A DNA stretch of 64,000 nucleotides from Schmidtea polychroa (Eukaryota), in the NCBI GenBank assembly GCA_044892525.1, contig CM097885.1:54932001-54996000 (forward strand), in the 5' to 3' direction. The notes under the pieces are model-generated. The model worked only from the letters and a program-made list of their open reading frames with translations, did not search any database and was not told the origin of the DNA. Numbering within the stretch: position 1 is the first letter of the stretch; every line of letters starts with the position of its first letter. Below are positions 53,201 through 64,000 of this stretch, piece by piece. The position numbers and the translations under genes were made by a program.

Positions 53201-54030
53201 GTCGATCAGTGATCAAAAAAAGAAATCTAGTAATTCGAAAAACGTTTAATCCTCGTACGAGAAAAGGTGATTGGCCCTTGGGCTATCTACCTTATCGATT
53301 GATAATTATATTTAGTGAAAGATGCAAACATAGTAACAAATTGTAATTTGTTTGAAATTGAATAAAGTTATTCTATGTTGAGTTTCGACTTATTTTTTTG
53401 AATAAGAACACGAGGGGTCAGAGAAAGAACCGACTTCAAAAATAAAACCCAATAACAATAAGTTAATTATAAATTTTTCATTCAAATTTGTATTTGTCTT
53501 TCTGTTTATAAAGATATTCTATTTATTTATTATTTTTTAACCCCTAACTAAAAGAAATAATAATTGAATGATAAATAATTAAATAAGCATTATTCTTAAA
53601 TTCTGAATATAAATCTAACGAAAGGTAAAATGCTCGGATTTATTTTACTTCCGTCTTTTATGACAGCTTACGAGGCTAGTCTTACTAATAACTATCGGTT
53701 TATCTTTTAGATGTGGATGATTCTGGTGTGTTCATCTCTTCAGCCCCAGATGCTACACCAATATTTCGAGTAATTCCATGGGATACTGGAATTACATGTC
53801 CGATAACTAAAAGTTATGGACCAACTGTTTGGCCAGCTCCACTTTTTCCAATCACGAGCAATTTAACTGGAGTTGCGTTTAATTTTTATAACAATGTCTG
53901 GAATACCAATTATATATACTGGTACCCATTTAGGGGAGCAGGCACCGAAACGGACAATCGATTTAAAGCACGTTTTACAACTCATGTGAATTTGGTGACT
54001 AAGAAAGTGGACGATACTCTTCGATATTAA
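41242..54030 (+). CDS. Secreted GH38-N-like / DUF5054-type glycoside hydrolase. Exons 41242-41307, 41354-41444, 41498-41715, 42795-42996, 43047-43220, 43313-43500, 44944-45124, 48192-48323, 48377-48526, (49509-49547 optional), 50043-50143, 51403-51709, 51761-51940, 53711-54030
   Basis: All joins are GT-AG and in frame (2310 or 2349 nt). Signal-peptide-like MIIVNSFFILVVFYFSLIGLSE. Motifs FMNHLDVGY (GH38-like metal motif), TTHPWL, RDVPG, WGYP, FRNDNTGPP, EVGDTWIQG..SDP.K, KPAEHTYG, SWVEQR, KPPTRLMEA and NNVWNTNY..WY recall the DUF5054 family. Confidence 0.85.
42644..42766 (+). repeat. About 123-bp sequence just upstream of the exon-4 acceptor; inverted copy at 47968-48090
   Basis: Manual alignment to the reverse complement of 47968-48090 gives about 8 differences. 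Confidence 0.85.
43727..44292 (+). repeat. Two diverged copies of an about 170-bp sequence (about 43727-43900 and 44120-44292) in intron 6
   Basis: Both read GATTAGAGGGGAGTGA...TATATGATTGTTATCT...TGATGGTTT...AATAAGGTTGGA with many substitutions. Confidence 0.75.
48002..48165. repeat. Long hairpin (about 77-bp arms, 11-nt loop) ending 26 nt before the exon-8 acceptor
   Basis: Arms 48002-48078 and 48090-48165 are reverse complements with 1 mismatch and 1 indel. Confidence 0.92.
52679..53454 (+). mobile_element. Solo LTR (776 bp) in the last intron of the hydrolase gene; copies at 58935-59710 (inverted) and 60471-60979 (partial)
   Basis: Starts TGTTGGGG and ends CCCAATA (CA mutated to TA), with TSD ACAA on both sides. 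Shares blocks with the 31144-32010 LTR (CCCGAGCTA, TATAAAA, TTGGTCGAAGAA, AAGAACAC..GGGTCAGA, ACCGACTT). Confidence 0.8.
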
Positions 54031-56157
54031 ATTTACTTCTGGAACTTGTGATGAATTATTTTTTGTTATTCATGACTTTTATAAATCTTTTTATTGTGAA
54101 CTCTAATTATTAAAAAACTACTTAAAAACTACTTTAAAAACAGATTTTTTTGTGCAGTTTACTTTTTCAATAAAATATTGTTTAATTGCCAATTTTAAAG
54201 TAAGACAGCCGAATTAGTAAAATAGATTTTATCATTGAGGTAAAGATATACAAGTCAAAGGTAAATCTTAGTTTGGATAATAATTAGGATAGCAAGGTTA
54301 CAACTATTTCAACTTTCGATAATATCAATTTTTTTTATTAATTAATTTATTAATTTAGTGATTCACAGTCAAAAAATATTTAATAAATACAATGTCAATT
54401 GAACAGAAATCAGAGGTGAAAATTGAAAAAAGTTCTTATAACATTAATTATAGATCAAAATATTGATCATTAGTGTAAAAAATAAAAATAAAAATAAAAA
54501 AAATTGAAGGTTAATTTTGAAAAGGATGAAAATTTTTATTTGTATTATTCGTAGGATCGAATTTTAATAATTTTAATAAATTTATTATATGCTTAATTTT
54601 TTTTATATAAAATTCAAACTTCCAAAATTATTTTTTTAAATATAAATGTTTCCATCTTTAAAAAGATAAACTAAATAATAAAAGTATATAATATTGTTTA
54701 AAATTGTGTTAGACATTCTTTTATTGGCGCCTTTAGTTTAAACTTTTGAGTGTTTTGGATTTCTGAACTGTGACAATGCATAATAAAGTTGTTCATTATA
54801 AAAAAACATGAACGTTTAAATGTACACAAACAAAATTAAATGTTTAACTTTAAGACTGGGTAATGGTCATGAATATGCTGTAAATTCTCAATTGATAGAT
54901 AACATTGTAGTGCCTCTGACTTCCACATTAATTAAAATATCAACCAAATAATTAAACTTAAAATATATTATTAAATTAATTAAATTAAAATTATTATTTT
55001 GATATTCTTTTCTTTCAAAAAACCATATAAAAACAATTCATGCAGCATTCAACATCTCAAACGTTAATTCTTATCAAAATCAATAAAAAAAATATCCCAA
55101 ACATTCGAAAAGCTGAAACTTTTGTTTTTCTAGCCGTGTTCTCTCTGTTGATGAGCTTGATCATCATCACTTATTCAGCCTAAGAAATTTTTCTTAGAAT
55201 ACTAATTAGCGATTCTAGCGATTCTTATGATAAAGTTCGTTACGTGAGCCGTGATTAATCATTAAGACTTATTTTCAATTAATAATGGGAGTTATAAATT
55301 GAAAATTGGTCATGTATTGAATAGTTAATGGGGAAAAACTTCATTATACTTATTTTGTGGGAAATGCATTAAAAGTACAAAATGTTCAATAGTAAAGTAA
55401 AACAAATGTGATTCATAGTGTCAAAGCTTTGGAAATGAGACCAAAATTTGCTCAGATTTTGTCAGAAATTCAATATATTTTAATATCGTCAAATATATAT
55501 TTTACTATGTGTAAACTTATAACATTATAGTATGTATCCTGTTGGGAGGCCAGGAGCTTATTGTTAGTTGAAGGAAATTTGTTAAATAATTATATTTTAT
55601 ATTGTGTATATGAAAATGTAAAACAGAAAGAGTCAACCTAACCTATTTTTGAGAAGCATTTGCAATATTAGAAGCTTCGTAGTTGATAAATATTTTTTAT
55701 AATTTTTTTTCATAAAATATTTTACTGGTGAAAATTGATCCAAAACTCCGCACCAAAATAAGAGAAGCATTAGAAGATTTTCCAAAAACATTTCTATAAT
55801 TAAAATTTATTTCCAGTTTTGTTGTTGGTATATAAATTGGTGCAAAAATAACATTGAACGTACAAAGAATTTTAGACAGGGCAATTAAGTGTCAAAAATT
55901 TTTTAAATTAAATATATTTTAATTAGAAAATTTGAAAAAATATTGAAAAATCTAAAAATTAATTTTTCTCGAGAGCAAAACTATGAGCAATTAGCCAATT
56001 ACATGATAAATAAGTATAATATCCCTAGGCGACTTTTTACTACATTTACAAGGACGACATTTATCATATCATTTGGGTAGACACAATTTCGGAGCATGAC
56101 AGGGATTTTGCTATTTTGCTACATTAATATAATTAAATCTAATCATGGTTTATTTAA

Positions 56158-56378
56158 CCCTCTAACGCTCACAAGAAAACTACACGTAAAAATTTCTTAA
56201 TCGTTATTTATTATGACGTATTGGGTAAATTAGAACATTTATAACAAAAATTATGGAGAATTTTTTCATAGACTACTAGTGCCATCTATTGTTGAGATGG
56301 GCCACTACTTTCAGGATAAAAACATGAAACCACGCATTTAACAAGTGTACCGATGTGAGTACAGTGGGAGGTAATGGG
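56158..56378. mobile_element. Possible piggyBac-type MITE (copy at 63683-63903)
   Basis: TTAA-CCC ... GGG-TTAA, but the TIR similarity beyond the terminal CCC is weak. Confidence 0.4.
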
Positions 56379-57771
56379 TTAAATTGATTCCGGATTTCAT
56401 ATTAGTAAACTCTTAGTTTATATTACATATGCTATTAATCGTCGTTATGTTGGTAATCTTACTTTGAAATGTAAAAAGGAAGAAATGGCGATGCTAGATA
56501 AAGAATTCCCTGAACCTGCAGGTGATGCTGTCAATGTCAATCATGGTGTATCTAACTGAGTCCAGATTTAATAGTGAGTAATGTGAGAAATTTTCTGAAT
56601 TGAAATTGTAATTTTTAAAAAATTTTTCCCAAGTTGTAATTTTGATCCATTTTTATCAAAAGATTAGACAGCTAGCTATGATGAATGGAGATATAGTATC
56701 AATTACCCATTAGATTATGGTTTGAAAGTGATGGCAACCAGAGGATGGTGCCAGCTTAATCGGGTCGTGGAGCAATTATTCTACGGAGATTGATTCACCA
56801 AATTAATCGTATTGCCGGTATTTTTTATTTAAAAACTTTTTAAGTGTTTGTTCTTTAAATTTTTTTGCAATTTTTAAGAGTTATTTAAAGCTATTTCTTT
56901 AATCAATTTAATCAACTATATATCTGGTTATGTTAATCGAATATGGTTAACTCATGCGGTAAGGGGTTGTTCTTATTTTCGTATTTATTGATTAAAGTAA
57001 GCACTCGAATTAGCAAGGAAGATTTTTTCGTGTTCATTGTTTTTTATCTTTTTGATTTTTTAGTAGGGACGACCTGGATTTAGGTAGTTTTAATCTCTCC
57101 CTTTTAAACTTCTAATTTTTGCTAGCATATTTATAGGAATAAATGTTTATTCTATTCTTTTGAGGGTCGGCTTGATTTGATTCATTTATAGGAATTAGCC
57201 CTCTGGTACCAGACGCAATGATCGATCACATTCGTCATTTTAATTAATGTTAAATCTACTTCAATCTTCATTGTATGCTGTGAGGATTTTACGTCTAAAT
57301 GTTTAAATACTCGTTTTTCGACCTCCAGTGGCGTGCGAGTATGCGTATTTTTGACAATAAAATTGATTTACATTATCGAAGAAGCTGAGATGTAAAATAA
57401 ATTTTAAAATATTTATTGGTGGTTTGATTTGATATTTAATAGAATATAAAATTAATATAATTATCTATTAATTTTTTCCAAATTTCCATCACCAAGCAGA
57501 ACGTAACAGGGTCACCGATAAAATTTGTATTATGACTGCTAAGTCAATTGTATGTCAAATTGTATGATTTGATGTATATGTATATATTACTAAGTAAAAC
57601 CTCAAATAAATCTTCCTAGAAGAATTATTTGTTTTTTTGAAAAAAATCTAAGTTGGGAATTATGTAGGTTTTCCAAAAAATATTTATTGGCGGTTTGGTT
57701 TGACATTTAATAGAATATAAAATTCATATAATTATCTATTAATTTCTTTCCAAATTTGTATTTCCAGATGG

Positions 57772-60470
57772 GGAATTTTGAATTTTATATAAAAAAAATT
57801 AAGCATATAATAATTTTATTAAAATTATTAAAATTCGATCCTACGAATAATACAAATAAAAATTTTCATCCTTTTCAAAATTAACCTTCAATTTTTTTTA
57901 TTTTTATTTTTTACACTAATGATCAATATTTTGATCTATAATTAATGTTATAAGAACTTTTTTCAATTTTCACCTCTGATTTCTGTTCAATTGACATTGC
58001 ATTTATTAAATATTTTTTGACTGTGAATCACTAAATTAATAAATTAATTAATAAAAAAAATTGATATTATCGAAAGTTGAAATAGTTGTAACCTTGCCAT
58101 CCTAATTATTATCCAAACTAAGATTTACCTTTGACTTGTATATCTTTACCTCAATGATAAAATCTATTTTACTAATTCGGCTGTCTTACTTTAAAATTGG
58201 CAATTAAACAATATTTTATTGAAAAAGTAAACTGCACAAAAAAATCTGTTTTTAAAGTAGTTTTTAAGTAGTTTTTTAATAATTAGAGTTCACAATAAAA
58301 AGATTTATAAAAGTCATGAATAACAAAAAATAATTCATCACAAGTTCCAGAAGTAAATTTAATATCGAAGAATATCGTCCACTTTCTTGGTCACCAAATT
58401 CACATGAGTTGTAAAACGTGCTTTAAATCGATTGTCCGTTTCGGTGCCTGCTCCCCTAAATGGGTACCAGTATATATAATTGGTATTCCAGACATTGTTA
58501 TAAAAATGAAACGCAACTCCAGTTAAATTGCTCGTGATTGGAAAAAGTGGAGCTGGCCAAACAGTTGGTCCATAACTTTTAGTTATCGGACATGTAATTC
58601 CAGTATCCCATGGAATTACTCGAAATATCGGTGTAGCATCTGGGGCTGAAGAGATGAACACACCAGAATCATCCACATCTAAAAGATAAACCGATAGTTA
58701 TTAGTAAGACTAGCCTCGTAAGCTGTCATAAAAGACGGAAGTAAAATAAATCCGAGCATTTTACCTTTCGTTAGATTTATATTCAGAATTTAAGAATAAT
58801 GCTTATTTAATTATTTATCATTCAATTATTATTTCTTTTAGTTAGGGGTTAAAAAATAATAAATAAATAGAATATCTTTATAAACAGAAAGACAAATACA
58901 AATTTGAATGAAAAATTTATAATTAACTTATTGTTATTGGGTTTTATTTTTGAAGTCGGTTCTTTCTCTGACCCCTCGTGTTCTTATTCAAAAAAATAAG
59001 TCGAAACTCAACATAGAATAACTTTATTCAATTTCAAACAAATTACAATTTGTTACTATGTTTGCATCTTTCACTAAATATAATTATCAATCGATAAGGT
59101 AGATAGCCCAAGGGCCAATCACCTTTTCTCGTACGAGGATTAAACGTTTTTCGAATTACTAGATTTCTTTTTTTGATCACTGATCGACAGATTCTCTGAG
59201 CTTCTCTTTTTATTCTTCGACCAAATGGCTGCTTGTCTTTTTCTAAGCTGTCTTTTTATACTGTTTCTCAGAGGGGCAATTATCTCCAAAATTGCAATTA
59301 ATTATTTCCCGGGAATCCTAGAAAAACATTTGAGGGTTTCCAAATTATTTTAATTGGCGCGAGAAATATTCCCTCTCTTCTCTGATCAATCGGGTCTCAA
59401 TGCGAACCAGGTTTCCTTCAGCGCTCCGGTTTCCTATAGGTTCGTGCTTCCCACTAGCTCGGGCCTTCCAGTACAGATTAATTAATTTGTTTTTTTCGCA
59501 GTAACTTTCTCTGAGAACACCTTATTAAATTTTCATTATAATTTCTAAAGTATTCAATCAATTTGGCGTTCAACCATACTCGATACTCCCGTTCAATATT
59601 AATTTTTGACATTTATTTATAATTAATTTTGCACTTTTATTGATTTTAATAATATTTATTATGCCTTCTTTTTATATATAAATTTTTTAGTTTTTGTACA
59701 AACCCCAACATTGTATTTATTTCATTATATTAATATAAAAATAAGTATTACGCCGAATCCATGAAAAACACAAACCCATTTGCTGTCAAAGTGACAGTTG
59801 AATAAAAATTTAATACTTTTAGTATATGGTCAATATTCAATATTAAAATTTGAGTATTGTATTGTAAATATTTTATTTTATGTGTCAAAACATGCAATGT
59901 GTATCAACAACATTTTTCGAGAAATATATATATATATATATACCAAATCGCAATCGGACTAATCGGCTAATCGGACATTAAATGAAATCCTGTCGATTGC
60001 GCATTGTGTTAATTTTAATATTACGCTAATTTTTAATGTTAATATCTAAGTAATTAAATGATTTATTTTTTATTTTATTTAATATAAAGATTTTTGAATA
60101 TTCTTTAGATTTTATGGTAAAAGAGGTAAGACTGCTCGGCGTAGTTCAGAAAATATATTATTGAAACTCATTCTGCAGAATTCATGAGCTGAGAAAACGT
60201 TTACCTTGATTAGTAGGAGTTCTATAATACGGTCTCGTACTATCTGTTTTGCTGCAAATTAATTATGCAGAAGTGCACGGCATTAATAATGATTTGCCTG
60301 CCCAGTTCATTTATATTTTATTTTTCTGCCCTCACTTAAATTTTTACTTTTCATTTCACGTGACAATAGATTTCCACAAATTTAATTAAATTAATAACAT
60401 TCTATACACCGAAACAACTATATAAATACTGTGCAAAATATTACATACTATGCTGCCATTGACTACCATT
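57772..60470 (-). repeat. Inverted duplicate (about 2.7 kb) of 51919-54623
   Basis: Reverse-complement match with coordinate sum 112389 over most of its length, plus a small indel in an AAAAAT run. Includes the last 22 nt of the penultimate exon, the last intron and the terminal exon. Confidence 0.95.
58359..58678 (-). pseudogene. Inverted orphan copy of the hydrolase terminal exon
   Basis: Same 105-aa text as 53713-54030 except N>H and T>I; two further synonymous changes. Confidence 0.9.
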
Positions 60471-63400
60471 GAACCCATAGGAAACCGGAGCGCTGAAGGA
60501 AACCTGGTTCGCATTGAGACCCGATTGATCAGAGAAGAGAGGGAATATTTCTCGCGCCAATTAAAATAATTTGGAAACCCTCAAATGTTTTTCTAGGATT
60601 CTCGGGAAATAATTAATTGCAATTTTGGAGATAATTGCCCCTCTGAGAAACAGTATAAAAAGACAGCTTAGAAAAAGACAAGCAGCCATTTGGTCGAAGA
60701 ATAAAAAGAGAAGCTCAGAGAATCTGTCGATCAGTGATCAAAAAAAGAAATCTAGTAATTCGAAAAACGTTTAATCCTCGTACGAGAAAAGGTGATTGGC
60801 CCTTGGGCTATCTACCTTATCGATTGATAATTATATTTAGTGAAAGATGCAAACATAGTAACAAATTGTAATTTGTTTGAAATTGAATAAAGTTATTCTA
60901 TGTTGAGTTTCGACTTATTTTTTTGAATAAGAACACGAGGGGTCAGAGAAAGAACCGACTTCAAAAATAAAACCCAATAACAATAAGTTAATTATAAATT
61001 TTTCATTCAAATTTGTATTTGTCTTTCTGTTTATAAAGATATTCTATTTATTTATTATTTTTTAACCCCTAACTAAAAGAAATAATAATTGAATGATAAA
61101 TAATTAAATAAGCATTATTCTTAAATTCTGAATATAAATCTAACGAAAGGTAAAATGCTCGGATTTATTTTACTTCCGTCTTTTATGACAGCTTACGAGG
61201 CTAGTCTTACTAATAACTATCGGTTTATCTTTTAGATGTGGATGATTCTGGTGTGTTCATCTCTTCAGCCCCAGATGCTACACCAATATTTCGAGTAATT
61301 CCATGGGATACTGGAATTACATGTCCGATAACTAAAAGTTATGGACCAACTGTTTGGCCAGCTCCACTTTTTCCAATCACGAGCAATTTAACTGGAGTTG
61401 CGTTTAATTTTTATAACAATGTCTGGAATACCAATTATATATACTGGTACCCATTTAGGGGAGCAGGCACCGAAACGGACAATCGATTTAAAGCACGTTT
61501 TACAACTCATGTGAATTTGGTGACTAAGAAAGTGGACGATACTCTTCGATATTAAATTTACTTCTGGAACTTGTGATGAATTATTTTTTGTTATTCATGA
61601 CTTTTATAAATCTTTTTATTGTGAACTCTAATTATTAAAAAACTACTTAAAAACTACTTTAAAAACAGATTTTTTTGTGCAGTTTACTTTTTCAATAAAA
61701 TATTGTTTAATTGCCAATTTTAAAGTAAGACAGCCGAATTAGTAAAATAGATTTTATCATTGAGGTAAAGATATACAAGTCAAAGGTAAATCTTAGTTTG
61801 GATAATAATTAGGATAGCAAGGTTACAACTATTTCAACTTTCGATAATATCAATTTTTTTTATTAATTAATTTATTAATTTAGTGATTCACAGTCAAAAA
61901 ATATTTAATAAATACAATGTCAATTGAACAGAAATCAGAGGTGAAAATTGAAAAAAGTTCTTATAACATTAATTATAGATCAAAATATTGATCATTAGTG
62001 TAAAAAATAAAAATAAAAATAAAAAAAATTGAAGGTTAATTTTGAAAAGGATGAAAATTTTTATTTGTATTATTCGTAGGATCGAATTTTAATAATTTTA
62101 ATAAATTTATTATATGCTTAATTTTTTTTATATAAAATTCAAACTTCCAAAATTATTTTTTTAAATATAAATGTTTCCATCTTTAAAAAGATAAACTAAA
62201 TAATAAAAGTATATAATATTGTTTAAAATTGTGTTAGACATTCTTTTATTGGCGCCTTTAGTTTAAACTTTTGAGTGTTTTGGATTTCTGAACTGTGACA
62301 ATGCATAATAAAGTTGTTCATTATAAAAAAACATGAACGTTTAAATGTACACAAACAAAATTAAATGTTTAACTTTAAGACTGGGTAATGGTCATGAATA
62401 TGCTGTAAATTCTCAATTGATAGATAACATTGTAGTGCCTCTGACTTCCACATTAATTAAAATATCAACCAAATAATTAAACTTAAAATATATTATTAAA
62501 TTAATTAAATTAAAATTATTATTTTGATATTCTTTTCTTTCAAAAAACCATATAAAAACAATTCATGCAGCATTCAACATCTCAAACGTTAATTCTTATC
62601 AAAATCAATAAAAAAAATATCCCAAACATTCGAAAAGCTGAAACTTTTGTTTTTCTAGCCGTGTTCTCTCTGTTGATGAGCTTGATCATCATCACTTATT
62701 CAGCCTAAGAAATTTTTCTTAGAATACTAATTAGCGATTCTAGCGATTCTTATGATAAAGTTCGTTACGTGAGCCGTGATTAATCATTAAGACTTATTTT
62801 CAATTAATAATGGGAGTTATAAATTGAAAATTGGTCATGTATTGAATAGTTAATGGGGAAAAACTTCATTATACTTATTTTGTGGGAAATGCATTAAAAG
62901 TACAAAATGTTCAATAGTAAAGTAAAACAAATGTGATTCATAGTGTCAAAGCTTTGGAAATGAGACCAAAATTTGCTCAGATTTTGTCAGAAATTCAATA
63001 TATTTTAATATCGTCAAATATATATTTTACTATGTGTAAACTTATAACATTATAGTATGTATCCTGTTGGGAGGCCAGGAGCTTATTGTTAGTTGAAGGA
63101 AATTTGTTAAATAATTATATTTTATATTGTGTATATGAAAATGTAAAACAGAAAGAGTCAACCTAACCTATTTTTGAGAAGCATTTGCAATATTAGAAGC
63201 TTCGTAGTTGATAAATATTTTTTATAATTTTTTTTCATAAAATATTTTACTGGTGAAAATTGATCCAAAACTCCGCACCAAAATAAGAGAAGCATTAGAA
63301 GATTTTCCAAAAACATTTCTATAATTAAAATTTATTTCCAGTTTTGTTGTTGGTATATAAATTGGTGCAAAAATAACATTGAACGTACAAAGAATTTTAG

Positions 63401-64000
63401 ACAGGGCAATTAAGTGTCAAAAATTTTTTAAATTAAATATATTTTAATTAGAAAATTTGAAAAAATATTGAAAAATCTAAAAATTAATTTTTCTCGAGAG
63501 CAAAACTATGAGCAATTAGCCAATTACATGATAAATAAGTATAATATCCCTAGGCGACTTTTTACTACATTTACAAGGACGACATTTATCATATCATTTG
63601 GGTAGACACAATTTCGGAGCATGACAGGGATTTTGCTATTTTGCTACATTAATATAATTAAATCTAATCATGGTTTATTTAACCCTCTAACGCTCACAAG
63701 AAAACTACACGTAAAAATTTCTTAATCGTTATTTATTATGACGTATTGGGTAAATTAGAACATTTATAACAAAAATTATGTAGAATTTTTTCATAGACTA
63801 CTAGTGCCATCTATTGTTGAGATGGGCCACTACTTTCAGGATAAAAACATGAAACCACGCATTTAACAAGTGTACCGATGTGAGTACAGTGGGAGGTAAT
63901 GGGTTAAATTGATTCCGGATTTCATATTAGTAAACTCTTAGTATATATTACATATGCTATTAATCGTCGTTATGTTGGTAATCTTACTTTGAAATGTAAA
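60471..64000 (+). repeat. Direct duplicate of 52946-56475 (runs off the window end)
   Basis: Constant offset 7525; only four substitutions noticed (60476, 60602, 63781, 63943). Confidence 0.95.
61236..61555 (+). pseudogene. Third (direct) copy of the hydrolase terminal exon with an intact splice acceptor
   Basis: Translation identical to 53711-54030; preceded by the same TTATCTTTTAG acceptor. Confidence 0.85.

Overview
AT-rich eukaryotic (animal-type) genomic window with spliceosomal GT-AG introns, many only 43-55 bp, and five N-gap regions. The organism cannot be determined from this sequence. Three host genes were reconstructed by hand. (1) A Kelch-repeat gene on the minus strand, with three confident exons at 2071-13223. 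(2) A complete 8-exon replication factor C small subunit gene, RFC5/yeast Rfc3 type (minus, 13622-26962, 325 aa). (3) A 13-14-exon secreted GH38-N-like/DUF5054-type glycoside hydrolase gene (plus, 41242-54030, about 770-782 aa). Large introns and intergenic space are filled with transposons: two Tigger/pogo elements, three hAT lineages, a MULE derivative, several MITEs, two related solo LTRs, a degenerate four-knuckle Ty3/gypsy, and a full-length but defective 3.6-kb Ty3/gypsy with 96-bp LTRs. The most unusual observations are four. First, that mini-LTR gypsy has a non-canonical primer-binding site resembling the 5' 12 nt of a tRNA and a -1 frameshift slippery site plus pseudoknot. Second, a decayed, apparently intronless ORC4 copy sits inside an RFC5 intron. 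Third, inverted repeats next to two splice acceptors of the hydrolase gene could form competing RNA pairings. Fourth, a DUP-TRP/INV-DUP-shaped rearrangement triplicates the hydrolase's last exon with the middle copy inverted. The duplications could be assembly artefacts. All family assignments rest on motif recognition, not database searches.
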